Source: the human T2T-CHM13v2.0 reference genome, Homo sapiens. Taken from it: a stretch of DNA of 64,000 nt. The position numbers were made by a program, and so were the translations under genes. Position 1 is the stretch's first letter. Each line of letters opens with the position of its first letter. Location: NCBI RefSeq assembly GCF_009914755.1, contig NC_060925.1. One strand, 5' to 3'. A model generated the notes under the pieces. It saw only the letters and a list, made by a program, of their open reading frames with translations. It had not been told where the DNA came from and searched no databases. Of the stretch, positions 1 to 20,933 are shown piece by piece.

Positions 1-749
1 AATGACCACTGCTTTTTTTTTTGCCTGAGGATAGAGTGTACTTTTTGGGGTCACTTCTGAAGAGCTAAAGGAGTAATAAGTGTCCTTTACAAGTACTGCC
101 TTTTACTATTAGCTATCCACTTAGGATTGGTGAGTAGCTAAGTACGTATGTTACGGTTCAGAGCTGACAAAACAATAATAGGGTATCTGCAGCCTCAAAA
201 GAAGTTACTATGGACTCAGGGTCTACCCCTAACAAAAATATTGTGTCCCTTTACACAGGCATCATCACATAGGAACAAATTTATTCATTTGTATACTTAA
301 AACACTTCATATTTCATTCCAATAGTTTCAGATAAGAGTCATATCACAGATCCACAGATACAGAATATATATACGTTCCCTTACCTAACTCCAGTCTCTA
401 GATAAATCAATGTTAATAAAAAAGATAAGACTTTCATCTGGAATCTTTTTCTTTCTGCCCTAAGCATATCCTCTAAGGTTTTCTTTAGTGTAGGTTTGCT
501 GATTGAAAATTTTTCAGGTTTATTTATTTTAAAATGTCTTTATTTTACCACTGTCTAGAGATTTTCACTGGATGTAGAATTCATGGTTTGCAAATGTTTT
601 CCTTCCCACACTATCTGGTTTCACTGTCTGTTGGCTTCCACTATTTCATTGAGAAGTTGGCTGTCAGTCTAACTGACAATATTTTCTCTCTGCCTTCTTT
701 CAAGAATCTCTCTGGGGAAGCCAGGGAGGAAGAAAAAAGAATCTCTCTG

Positions 750-2505
750 GGGGAAAAGATAGTCTCTTCAATAAATGGTGTTGGGAAAACTGGATATCCA
801 TATGCAGAAGAATGAAGTTGAGTATCTCACACCATATACAACACTCAACTCAAAATGATTAGAGGCTTAAACATAAGACTGAAAACTGTAAAACTACTAG
901 AAAACATAAGGTAAAAGCTCCATAATGGTCTGAAAAATTTTTTGGCTAAAACTGCAAAAGCAAAAACAGACAAGCATGAATGCATCAAACTATCAATATA
1001 AAGCTTCCTCACAACAAAGGAAACAACAGAGTGAAAAGACAACATGTGGATTGGGAGAAAATATTTGCAAACTATTTATCAGTTAGGGGGTTATAAGGAA
1101 CTCCAACACCTAAACAGCAAGAAAACAAATAACCCACTTAAAAAACAAGCAAAGAACCTGAATAAACATTTCTCAAAAAAAGACATACAAATAACAAACA
1201 GGTATATGAAAAAATGCTCAATATCATTAATCATCAGGGAAGTTTAAATTAAAACCACAATGAGGTATCGCCTCACAACTGCTAGAATTTCTATCATCAA
1301 AAAGACAAATGACATCTGTGAAGTGGGGTGTGTTAAAAAAAGATGAAAGATAACAAGCGTTGGCAAGAATGTGGAGAAAAGAGAACTCTTGTAACGTTGG
1401 TGGGAATGTAAATCAGTACAGCTTTTATGGAAAATAATATGGAGGTCCTCAAATACTAAATACAGAATGGCAATATGACCTAGCAATTACACTTCTGAGC
1501 ATTGAATCCCACTTCAATTTCAAAAGAGTTAAAATTAGGATACAGAAAAAAACATGCACACTCTTTTATTCATTGCATTATTCACAACAGCAAAGATATG
1601 AAATCAACCTAAGTGCCCATCAACAAATAAATGGATAAGAAAACATGGTATACAGCTGACCCTTGGAAAACACAGGTTTGAACTGTGAGGAACCACTTAT
1701 ATGCAAATTTTCTTCCTCTTCTACCACTCCAGAGAAAGACCAACCCCACTTCTTTCTCCTCCTTCTCAGCCTACTCCATGTGAAGATGAGGATGAAGACC
1801 TTTATGATTCACTTCATTTAATAAACAGTAAATATATTTTCTTTTATGATTTTCTTAATAATATTTTCTTTTGTCTAGCTTATGTGGGTTAATTGTTTAT
1901 GTTATTGGTAAGATTTTCAGTCAACAGTAGGCTATTAGTAGTTAAGCTTTTGAGTCAGGGAATCAAATTATACCCGAATTTTCAACTGAGTGGAGGGTCA
2001 GTGCCTCTTGCCCCCACGTTGTCAAGGTTAAACTGTATATAATGGAATACCATTCAGCTTTACATGAACTTGGAGGACATTATGCTAAGTAAAATAAATC
2101 ACACACAGAAAGAAATACTGCATGATCTCATTTATACGTGTAATCTTAAAAAATTGAACTCAGAGAAATAGAGAATAGAATGGTAGTTACCAGAGGTGGG
2201 GGATGGGAGTGGGAGGATGCCAAGATGTTGGTCCAAGGCTACAAAGTTTCAGCTAATTAGACAAAAAGAGTAAGTTTTTGAGATGTATTGCATAGCAGAG
2301 TGACTGTAGTTAATAATAATGTAGTGGATATTTCAATATTGTTAAGAGAATAAGATTTTAAATGTTCCCACTACAAAAAAAGCATGTGAGATGACCGATA
2401 TGCTCATTAGTTTGATTTAATCATTCCATAATGTACATGTATATGAAAACACCACATTGTACCCCATAAATACTTACAATTATTATTTGTCGAAAAGAAA
2501 AGAAA
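750..2505 (+). mobile_element. Old L1MA-type 3' fragment (ORF2 end and 3'UTR), interrupted by a Tigger2-type element
   Basis: Degenerate ORF2 C-terminus (ORF 1044..1247 [15 protein letters not shown]) and an L1MA-like 3' end with A-rich tail near 2490-2505. Confidence 0.8.
1653..2035. mobile_element. Tigger2-family non-autonomous DNA transposon (Tigger2a/MER28-like)
   Basis: Ends cagctgacccttg ... caaggttaaactg, flanked by TA on both sides. Confidence 0.8.
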
Positions 2506-2537
2506 CTGATGGCTTAAAGGAATGAAAAAGACTCCTC

Positions 2538-4453
2538 TGATATGGTTTGGGTGTGTCCCCATCCAAATCTCAACTTGAATTCCCATATGTTGTGGAAGGG
2601 ACCCAGTGGGAGGTAAATGACTCATGGGGGCAAGTCTTTCCCGAACTGTTCTCGTGACAGTGAATAAGTCTCATGATATCTGATGGTTTTAAAAAGGGGA
2701 GATTCCCTGTACAAGTTTTCTTCTCTTTTCTGCTGTCATGTGAGACATGCCTTTCACCTTCCGCCATGATTGTGAAGCCTCCCTAGCCATGTGGAACTGC
2801 GAGTCCAATAAACCTCTTTCTTTTGTAAATTACCCAGTCTTGAGTATATCTTTATCAGCAGTGTGAAAATGGACTAATACAGAAAATTGGTACCAGAAGT
2901 GGGGTGCTGCTGAAAAGATACCCCAAAATGTGGAACTGACTTTGGAACTGGTTAACAGGCAGAGGTTGGAACAGTTTAGAGGGCTCAGAAGACAGGAAAA
3001 TGTGGGAAAATTTGGAACTCCCTAGAGACTTGTTCAATGGCTTTGACCAAAATGCTGATAATGATGGACATGAAATCTAAGGCTGAGGTGGTCTCAGATG
3101 GAGATGAGGAACTTGCTGGGAAATAGAGCAAAGAAGACTCTTGTTATGTTTTAGCAAAGAGACTGGCGGCATTTTGCCCCTGCCCTAGAGATCTGTGGAA
3201 CTCTGTCCTTGAGAGAGATGAGTTAGGGTATCTGGTAGAATAAATTTCTAAGCAGCAAAGCATACAAGAGGTGACCTGAATGCTGTTAAAGGCATTCAGT
3301 TTAATAAGGGAAACAGAGCATCAAAGTTCAAAAAATTTGCAGCCTGACAATGCAATAGAAAAGAAAATCCCATTTTCTGGGAAGAAATTCAAGCTGGCTG
3401 CAGAAATTTGCATAAGTAACATGGAGCTGAATGTTAATCCCCAAGACCACGGGGAAAATGTCTCCAGGATATGTCAAGAGGTCTTCAGAGCAACCCCTCC
3501 CATCACAGGCCTGGAGACCCCGGAGGAAAAAGTTGTTTCCTGGGCCAGGTCCAGGGTTGGCATGCTGCGTGCAGCCTAGGGACTTGGTGTCCTGTGTCCC
3601 TGCCGCTCCAGCCATGACTAAAAGGGGCCAATAGAGAACTCGAGCCATGGCTTCAGAGGGTGCAAGCCCAAAGCCTTGGCAGCTTCCATGTGGTGTTGAG
3701 CCTGCGTGTGCACAGAAATAAAGAACTGAGGTTTGGAAACCTTTGCCTAGATTTCAGAGGATGTATGGAAACGCCTGGCTATCCAGGCAGAAGTTTGCTG
3801 CAAGGGTGGGCCCCTCATGGAGAACCTCTGCCACGGCAGTACAGAAGGGAAATGTGGGGTGGGAGCCCTCACACAGAGTCCCTACTGGGGCACCACCTAT
3901 GGGGCTGTGAGAAGAGGGCCACCATCCGCCAGACCCCAAAATGGTAGATCCACTGACAGCTTGCACCGTTCACCTGGAAAAGCCACAGACAATGCCAGCT
4001 CGTTAAAGCAGCCAGGAGGGAAGCTGTACCCTGCAACGCCACAGTGGTGGAGGTCTCCAAGACTACGGGAACCCACCTCTTGCATCAGTGTGACCTGGGT
4101 GTGAGACATGGAGTCAAAGGAGATCATTTTGGAACTTTAAGATTTGACTGCCCTGTTGGATTTTGGACTTACATGGGGCCTGTAGTTTTGTTTTGGCCAA
4201 TTTCTCCCATTTTGAATAGCTCTATTTACCCAATGCCTATATTCTCTTCATATCTAGGAATTAACTGATTTGCTGATGATTTTACAGACTCATAGGCAGA
4301 AGGGACTTGGCTTATCTCAGATGAAACGTTGGACTTTGGACTTCTGAGTTAATGCTTAAATGAGTTAAGACTTTGGGAGACTGCTGGGAAGGCATGATCA
4401 GTTTTGAAATGTGAGGACATGAAATTTGGGAGGGGCCAGAAGCAGAATGATAT
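2538..4453 (+). mobile_element. THE1 (THE1A/B-like) MaLR: 5' LTR (2538-2881) plus internal region, 3' LTR missing
   Basis: LTR tgatatggtttgg...ggactaataca. Internal region starts aattggtaccagaagtgggg and ends at the polypurine tract plus tgatat. Explains the cluster of spurious ORFs at 2400-4270. Confidence 0.9.
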
Positions 4454-5359
4454 TTTCATTCTAAAAATAGTTTCCAGTTCTCAGTTAAAATTTTCAATCT
4501 TGTCTTTCATCTTGTAAGCATAGCTACTTTCAAGCTGTCTGATAATTTCAATATTTAGAGCTGCTGTGACTGTTTCTACAGTCTGTTGCTTAGGCTGGTT
4601 TAATTCATGCTGTCTTCTCTTTTACTATGTCTGTTTATTTTTTATTGTGCCCTAGTTATTGTAGTTACAAAACTAAAAAAAATAAAGCACTTAGATGATC
4701 TTATCTTTTTTCAGAGGATTTAAATTTGCATCCTGTGGATATTAGCAATCAAGGGTCACCTCAATTCAATTTCAGAGATTGATATGAAGTTCAGATGCAA
4801 TCGCTATGAAGACTTATCTTCTGGTTTCCCCTATAATATACCCCTGTGGGGACTTAAAACAAAGTAATCACCCATACAACGTCAGGCACTGAGCTCCAAT
4901 CCCTGCAACCCTGTGAAGCTAGTATAAGCACTTTCACCCACCCCACCAGAACTGACAAATGCTCACAGGGGAAAAGTAGATTCAAAAGCCAGGGTCACAA
5001 TCCAAATCTGGTAATTCTTTCCTGTCTTGTTTGCTTTCCAATGCTTTCAAATAGGTTCTTTTTTTAAAAATACATACATTTGGTCCTTTTTTTCTAATTT
5101 TACTTGGAGGAAGGGTTGGTCCAAATTACCTAGTCTGTCAATTAGCAAAACTGGAAATGGAGCCACAGAACTTTAAATAAGACAGCAATAGAATATATCA
5201 AATTAAAGTGAAACTATACCTGAAACTTGGATTTTTAAATTACATATCAAGTCAGAATTTTTTTTGTCAAAAACCCAACTAATCACCTAAAAAGCTATTT
5301 TAAAAATATGATACTAATAACTCATGTTTATATAAATCAAGATAGTAACAAGAATTATT

Positions 5360-5647
5360 ATTTTCTGAGACAGAGTCTCACTCTGTCGCCCAGGCTGGAC
5401 TGCAGTGGCGCGATCTTGGCTCACTGCAAGCTCTGCCTCGCGGGTTGATGCCATTCTCCTGACTCAGCCTCCCGAGTAGCTGGGACTACAGTCACCCGCC
5501 ACCACGCCTGGCTAATTTTTTGTATTTTTAGTAGAGACAGGGTTTCACCGTGTTAGCCAGGATGGTCTTGATCTCCTGACCTCGTGATTTGCCCGCCTCG
5601 GCCTCCCAAAGTGCTGGGATTACAGGTGTGAGCCACCGAACCTAGCC
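5360..5647 (-). mobile_element. AluY
   Basis: Reverse Alu with Y-type positions (gcaagctc..., ttagccaggatggtc). aagaattatt is repeated on both flanks. Confidence 0.9.
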
Positions 5648-6202
5648 TAAGAATTATTTTTTCATATAACTTATGAAAAACCTTATACTTTAAAACATAA
5701 GTGAAAAGTTTGAGGCAACTCCACTTTATAAAACCCAGTAGCATAACTGCCTCATCAATATACTAAATATGCTTAAATATTCATATATAAATGTATTTTG
5801 TAGACAGCAATTCTACTTTGAAATAGTACTTAATTAGAGGACCATATAGGCCACTATCCTTTACCTGTACCAATTCTTTTTCTCCCTCCCTATTAAAATA
5901 CCAGCTCAGCTTAATGTTTATCAAGCTTATACTGCACATAATCAATAAAGAAAATGAGACAGAATGCATATTTTGGAGGAATTTCCAGTCTTATAGAAGA
6001 GATATGAACAGACAATATGATAATGGTTATAACTGAGATATGCACTAAATGCTATGGGTCACAGAGGGACATTATGACACCATGACATTGCTCTATTACT
6101 ATGCATTTCAATCACTACCTAAAATGCCTATTGTCTTTGGTGACACATTACAAAGTTTTTTAAAAAGTACATACCACATACCAATTTACATTTTAAAATT
6201 TA

Positions 6203-6505
<303 letters not shown>

Positions 6506-6703
6506 TTATCAGCCAAAGTTATAGTTCAAAGATCTTTTATGGGCAAATTTGAAAGGCTAGATCACAGGACTAATTAGAAATCATGTAAGAAAAGGATTCT
6601 TGGACAAAAGCTATACTTTACTAATCTAAAGAAACAATCAGTGTTAAATGATACAACAATACTGATAATTCTAAGGCTAAAATTACCCTATAAAATCATT
6701 TAT

Positions 6704-6768
6704 AGAGGTTGGTACAAAAGTAATTGTGGGTTTTGTCATTACTTTTAATTACTTTTGCACCAGCCTAA
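6704..6768. mobile_element. MADE1 (Hsmar1-derived palindromic MITE) with internal deletion
   Basis: aggttggtacaaaagtaatt ... aattacttttgcaccagcctaa inverted termini match the mariner TIR. Confidence 0.85.
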
Positions 6769-7611
6769 TAAGTCTATAGTAGAACCAGAAATATATTATA
6801 AGAATCTTAAATTACATTTAGGAAGATTTCCATTTAGAGAGGTAAAAGAAAGTGGCAACACTTACACAGGCAGATTTTCATAGCCTACATAATTTATTTC
6901 CATTTCTCAGTATAGGAATTATTCTATTAATGGTCTATGAACTGTATTTTTATTTTTGAGCCATCTATTAAAGATAGAATAATTGTTCCAGATATTTGCT
7001 TTGGCAGTCTCATACATATGTGGAGAAAGTCAACTTTGCTGAACAAAGGCCAAGTCATTTAAAAGTATGATCAAAGCTCATCTATTCAGGCATTAGATGT
7101 ATCAGAGCATTTGAATAATATCAAATTTGATTTTTCTATTTCTTATTTAAATTTGTATAAATTATCAACAATAAAAGCCATAGAATAACAGATCAATGCT
7201 ATGCAAACAGATTACTTCATGAAGAGAACAGCAGATAGGGGAAAATGAATATCAAGCTTAAGAAGACACATAATGTCTCCAAAATTGGAAATATTACTAA
7301 CAGAACTTAACCTTTTCTGTCTTCTACACAATATCTAAAGAATTATGTTATAATGGAGAACAACTATAAAACAGTTAAAAATCAGGTGTTCAGGTATTTG
7401 AGGTGTTCAGGGTTTCTACACAATAAAAAAGGGAAGGACTAATGCTCTTCTAGTACAACACAAGGAAAATCAGTAGTGCTGGGGCATCATGTCTATTATA
7501 CTATCTTCTGAGTGCACAGACCATTTCTTGACTTAGTATTTATTCTATTTCCACTGAGTTCAATTTCAATAACAAACACCTGTTAAAAAGTTCCTGGAAA
7601 CGATGGTTTCA

Positions 7612-7794
<183 letters not shown>

Positions 7795-7833
7795 TCATCA
7801 CTACTAATTAGAGGCAATGCAGTTTGCTGGTTA

Positions 7834-8340
<507 letters not shown>

Positions 8341-8688
8341 TCATTCTATTGCATCAACTATGTTGTTTATCTCTTCTTTAGAAGCAATAGCTAAAATCTA
8401 ATCTGAAGTTCAAATGCAATTAAACATAGGAGGATGAGATAAGGGGGGAGGGTATATAAAAAACTAGTATCTTCAGGATTTTACCCACAATTCACATATA
8501 AAAGTGCACAATACAGACCAGAAACCACACTACTTTAATTGGACAAGATTAAAAAAAAAATCTACTATTTAAGAAAAAGTACATATACTCCAATATTATA
8601 GTTTACATACACCCTCAGTGACATTACAAGCTGGTAGGTAAGTACAGAGCTCTGTATTAAGCTCAACCTCTGAGGAGAGTAATACTCA

Positions 8689-8823
<135 letters not shown>

Positions 8824-9139
8824 TTAGATAAATGTAGTAAATGCAGAAATGGAAAGCAAAGTTAATTTTAACTGGTTTTTGGTTTTTTCATTAAAAGTTT
8901 CACATATGATGTCTAATCTCTAACAGCCAGAAAACAAAGGAAAAGGAATCCTTTTCAAATATAAGATTGGCTCTAGAAAGAGAGTATTAAGGGGTCAAAA
9001 TAACTGGAAACTTAAAAATCAATCTTTGTTTTAATGATGTCATGAAAAAAATGTTAATATAAACATTATGGGACATCTGGATAAACATAATGCTATATAA
9101 TCTTATTTCCCATATTTGTTTTAAAAAACCATTATTTAG

Positions 9140-10315
9140 ATATATTTTGCATATAATAAAATACACACACTAAAAATATTGTATGCAATTCAACGATCTT
9201 TACTAAATTTAACCAGCAGTTCAACTATTACCATAAATCAGTTTTAGAGTATTTCTGCACTCCGATAAGATCACTCATTTGGCATCCACCATCACAGGCA
9301 GTCTCTATTCCTGTCTGTCTCTATCACTAATTTCTACTCTAACCTTTATTATTTCCTTCCTTCTGCTTGTCTTCAGTTAGCTTTGTTATTCTTTTTAAAG
9401 ACAGACACTTAAGGATACACAATTCTCTATCAACACTGCTTTGGCTGATACCACAAATTGTGATATGATGTGTTTCCATTTTCATTCAGTTTAAAATCCT
9501 TTTACATTTCCTTTGTTATTTCTTCTTTGACTAATGGTTATTTAGTAATGTGTCATGTAATTTCCAAATACTTGCAGATGTCTCAAAGTAACTATTGTTG
9601 ATTTTTAATTTAATTCCATTTTGGTCAGAAAACTGTTTTGTATGTCTTCAATCATTTTAAATTTATTGACAGAAAACTGTTTTGTATGTCTTCAAGCATT
9701 TTAAATTTATTGACTTATTTTTAGTCTTAAATATGGTGTCCCCTGGAGACTGTTACTAACACTTGCTTGAGAAGAATGTGCATGCTTCTACTGTTGGCTG
9801 AAGTGGTCTTTGGATGTCTGTTATGTCAGATTGACAATGTTATTCAAGTCTTCTAAAACTCTGCCAATTTTCTGTCCAGTTTTTCTATGAAATATCAAAA
9901 GTGGAGTATTTTTCAACAACTTCAGTCAAAATATCTGTTTTTCCCTTAAATATCACAGATTTTCTTTTCATATATCTACAAAAAGTTTGTTTTGAGGTGT
10001 GTTGATAATTGATGTATCTTTTCACTATTGATTCTTTTACCATTATAAAATGTCTTTGTTTCTAGTACTGATTTCTACTCTAAGTATATTCTGTTCGACC
10101 TAAATATAGCCATTCTACCATTTTTCTTGACTACTACTTACATGGTATATCTTTTTCCATCCTGTTACTTTAACCTATTTGTGTCTGTGAATCTAAAGTC
10201 TATCTCTTGTAGACAGCATAAAGCTGGATTCTAATTTTTTTTTTTTTTGTAAACCCATTCTGCCAATCCCTGAATGTTACAACATTCAACATACTTACAT
10301 TTAATATAATTATTA
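9140..10315 (-). mobile_element. Old L1M fragments (outermost host of the nested stack, resuming about 20020-21646 and 27703-28600)
   Basis: T-rich degenerate reverse L1 ORF2-like sequence. Confidence 0.6.
9626..9713. repeat. 44-bp tandem duplication
   Basis: cagaaaactgttttgtatgtcttcaa(t/g)cattttaaatttattga twice (9626, 9670), one mismatch. Confidence 0.95.
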
Positions 10316-11584
10316 ATAGGTTGCACATCTGAAATCAAAAAATCCCAAATCCTTGCTTTTGGAGTGCCAACATTTCAATCAAAGCTCCAAATGCTTCTTC
10401 ATTGGAGCATTTCAGATTTTGGATTTGAGATGCTGAACAGTAAGTACAATAATACATACTTAACAATGGAGATACATTCTGAGAAATGTATCATTCAGCA
10501 ATTTCATCACTGTGTGAGCATACAGTGTACTTTCACAAACCTAGATGGTATAGACTACTACACACTTAGGTTATGTGGAATAGCCTATTGTGCTCCTATG
10601 CTACAAACCTATGTATCATGTTACTGTACTGAATGCTGTAGGAAACTGTAACAATGGTAAATATTTATGTATCTAAATATAGAAAAGCTACAGTAAAAAT
10701 AAGATATAAAAGGTAAAAAATGGTACACACCCATACAGGGGACTTATGATGAATGGAGTTTGCAGGACTGAAAATTGTTTTGGGTGAGTTAGTGAGTGGT
10801 AAATGAACGTGAAGGCCTAAGACGTTAACAGTATACCTAGGCTACACTAAATTTACTGTAAAAAAGTGTTCTCCCTTCAGAAATAAATCAACCTTACCTT
10901 ACAGTGATTTTCTGACTTTATAAACTTAAAAAATTTTTAAAGCTTTCTGACTCTTGTAATAACACTTAGCTTAAAACACATACATTGTACAGCTGGACAA
11001 AAGTATTTCCTTTTTACATTTCCTTATAAGTTAAAAAATTAAAATAGGAAAAAGCTTTTTAAACTTTTTTGTTAAAAACTAAGAAACAGAAAGTTAGCCT
11101 AGGTCTACACAGGGTCAGGATAATCAATATCACTGTTTTCACCTCCACGTTTTGTCTCACTGAAAAGTCTTCAAGGGTAATGATATGCATAGAGATGTCA
11201 TCTTCTCTGATAACAGTACCTTTTTCTGGAATGTCTCCTGAAGGGCCTGCCTGAGGCTGTTGTATAGTAACTTAAAAAAACAAGTGTAAGAAGTACAGTC
11301 TATAATAATGGTAAAAAGTAAATAATAAACAAGTATATAGTTATTTATTATCTTTATCAAGTATTGTGTAGTATACGTAATCGTATGTGCTAGACTTTTT
11401 GAACATTTTTAATTTTTTTTGAGTATTATAGTTGGTATATACACTTATGTGGAATATGAGATGTTTTGATACAGGCATGCAATGCATAATAATCACATCA
11501 TGGAGAATGGCGCACCTACCTCAAGCATTTATCCTTTGTGTTACAATCTAATTATACATTTTCAGTTATTTAAAAATGTACAAT

Positions 11585-17824
<6,240 letters not shown>

Positions 17825-18457
17825 TAGAACCATGGATTAACAGGCATTCAGAAAATGTTAAAAAATAATTATCTTCTGTGAATGGAAATATATTTAAAAA
17901 CTAAATCTGTATATAGCATTTCAGGACTTCTGCAAATTATGAAATCTTTCATCTAGTACCAGGGTTATTACATCCATTTAGGATACTCACAGATAGTTCA
18001 TAATGTACAATAGTCCAGAGATGATTTTACCTTTCTGGTGTAAGTTAATTAAAATTTGGAAGGAACTCATTTCTCTTCCCTCATACACATTTTTGGTGTA
18101 TTCAAAAAACATAAGGTAATCCTAGGTAGGATAAGGTAAAGCCTAGGTAATCATTTGGAAATATTTTGTGTTCATTTCAGTGCCTGTTAAGCAATAATGG
18201 AATGGAACTTCATTGAGTGGTACTGATTTATCAGATTACATGGCACACTCAATTCCACTCATGTTAATGATAAAGATATGCTCCAGTACTTGCAAAGCAG
18301 AGCACAACTGATGGGTTTCTATGACTCTCTATTTTGTTTTATGTCTTTCCATTTTAAAACACATCAGTGACTTAACTGAGCATTGTGGACAGTTTTCAAC
18401 CCATGATGGTATGAGAAAGTAAATGTAGCATCTAATAGCAAATAAAAAATTAAAAAT
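17825..18457 (+). other. L1 3'-transduced non-L1 DNA with second A-rich tail
   Basis: Lies between the L1 poly(A) and the downstream TSD copy (aaaaatgtacaat at 11572-11584 and 18458-18470). Confidence 0.88.
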
Positions 18458-20392
18458 AAAAATGTACAATTAAATTATTATTGACTATAGTCACCTCGTT
18501 ATGCTACCAAATACTAGGTCTTACTCATTCTGTGTATTTTTTGTAGCCATTAACCACCTCTACTTCCCCCAACAGCCCAAGTACCCTTCTCAGACTCTGG
18601 TAACCATCCTTCTACTCTCTATGTCCATGAGTTCAATTGTTTTCATTTTTAGATCCCACAAATAAGTGAGAATCCGTGACGTTTGTCTTTCTATGCCAGG
18701 CTTATTTCACTTTACATAATGATCTCCAGTTCCATCCATGTTGTTGCAAATGACAGAATCTCATTCTTTTTTTTAATGGCTGAATAGTACTCCATTTTGT
18801 ATATGTACCACATTTCCCTTATTCATTCATCTGTTGATGGATACAAAGTTTGCTTCCAAATCTTGGCTACTGCGAACAGTGCCGCAAAAAACATGGGAAT
18901 GCAGATAGCTCTTTCATATAGAAGTTGCCTTTCTGTTGGGTATATACCCAGCAGTGGGACTGCTGGGTAATATGGTAGCTCTAGTTTTAATTTTTTAGGA
19001 ATCTCCAAACCAATCTTCATAGTGGTTGTACCAATTTACATTCCCACCACCACTGTACAAGGGTTCCCTTTTCTCCACATCCTCACCAGCATTTGTTTAC
19101 TGCCTAACTTTTGGATAAGTCATTTTAACTGGGGTGAGATAATATCTCATTGTAGCCACGATTTGCATTTCTGATGATCAATGATGTTGAGCACTTTTAC
19201 ATATACCAGTTTGCCATTTATATGTCTTCTTTTGAGAAATGTCTATTCAAACCTTTTACCCATTTTAAAATGGATTATTAGATTTTTTTCCCTACAAAAT
19301 TGTCTGAGCTCCTTATATATTCTGGTTATTAATCACTTGTCAGATGAGTAGTTTGCAAATATTTTCTCCCATTCTGTGGGTTGTCTCTGCACTTTGTTGA
19401 CTGTTGCCTTCGCTGTGCAGAAGCTTTTTAACTTGATATGATCCCATTTGTCCATTTTTGCTTTGGCTGCTTGTGGGATATTACTAAAGAAATTTTTGCT
19501 TAGACCAAAGTACTGGAGATTTCCCCCAGTGTTTTCTTGTAGTAGTTTTGTAGTTTGAAGTCTTAAAGTCTTTAATCCATTGTGACTTGATTTTCATATA
19601 TGGTGACAGACAGAGGTCTAGTTCCATTCTTCTGCAAACGGATATCCAGTTTTCCCACTGGCATTTATTGAAGACTGTCTTTTCTCCAGTGTATGTTCTT
19701 GGCAAGTTTGTCAAAAATGAGTTCACTGTAGGTGTGCTATACTTTTATTTAACTGGGAGCATAGAATTGTTTACACTAGTATCACTGTAAACATGTGAGT
19801 AATGTCTGCACTATGAAGTTATAATGGCTATGACAACATTAGAAGTTTAAAATTTTTTACCTCCATTTTAATCTTATGGGACCACTGTCATATATGTGGT
19901 CTCTCACTGATTGAAATGTCATTATACACTGCATGACTCTACAATGTAAATATTTTTAAAAAAATGAAATCCAAAACACATCTGGTTCTCAGCATTTTGG
20001 AAAAAGGGTTCTCAACCTGTATATGGTAGAATTTTTACATGCAATGTTGCTTTTTTTTTTGTTATGTCATTTGCTCTTTTATGCCTCCATTATTACCTTA
20101 CTTTGTGTTATACAGATATTTTCTAGTGTATCATTTTAGTTTGAGTATATTTTAAAAGTTATTTTTCAGAGTGTTTTTTCTGGGGATTATAATTGGCATG
20201 TTAAATTAAAATAACCTAGTTCAGATGATCACTAATTTAATTTCAATACTATGTCAAAATTCTGCTGCAATATAGCTCCATCTCCTTTCCTCCCCAACCT
20301 TTGAAACATTATGGCCATACATATTACATCTTTCTATGTTACATGTTCATCAACAATTTTAGAATTACTATTTTAGTCAATTGTCTTTCAAA

Positions 20393-20933
20393 CCCTTTCC
20401 AGTTTAGAAAAAAGGAAGTGCAGCTCACTACCAAAGCGCATTTAATTTTACATGAACACTCTCTTCAAGGCTACTGCAAATCTGACTGATTTTTACTGTG
20501 AAAATAAAATATAAAACTCTTCTTGGGAGTTATTTCTAAAGAGAATTAACATCAGAATTGTCTGAATCATCAGAAACATCTATTTCAAAAAACCTGGATT
20601 CATCGAATGAACCTCTAGGCATCAAGTATTTGAGTACGATGTTAACATCATGCATAAGAATGCTATGTTTTCTAAGGATCTGACATTTTCAGCGATTGAG
20701 TATAGTAATTCTCTGTCAAATTTTCTCGATTTTTGTTTGTGTAAATGGAAATACCACTACTAAAAACAGAATGCTATGGACAGAATGATGTCTTTTGTTT
20801 CCAAAGTTGATATACTACAGTGATGTAAAAATAATAATAAAAGCGAGATATTTCGTGGCAAAGTTATCTCAGGGTAAACAACTGCAGCCGCAAGTGCCAC
20901 CAGCAAGTATTCTCAGGGCAAATGAGTAAAGGG
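20393..20933. mobile_element. MER75 (piggyBac-family non-autonomous element)
   Basis: Termini ccctttcc...aaaggg. Internal gagatatttcgtggcaaagttatctc and ggaaataccactactaaaaacagaatgcta match the recalled MER75. Confidence 0.8.

Noticed and set aside
2400-4270. Dense overlapping ORFs on both strands
   Set aside because: All lie in the GC-richer THE1 LTR/internal sequence, with no coherent protein or splice structure.
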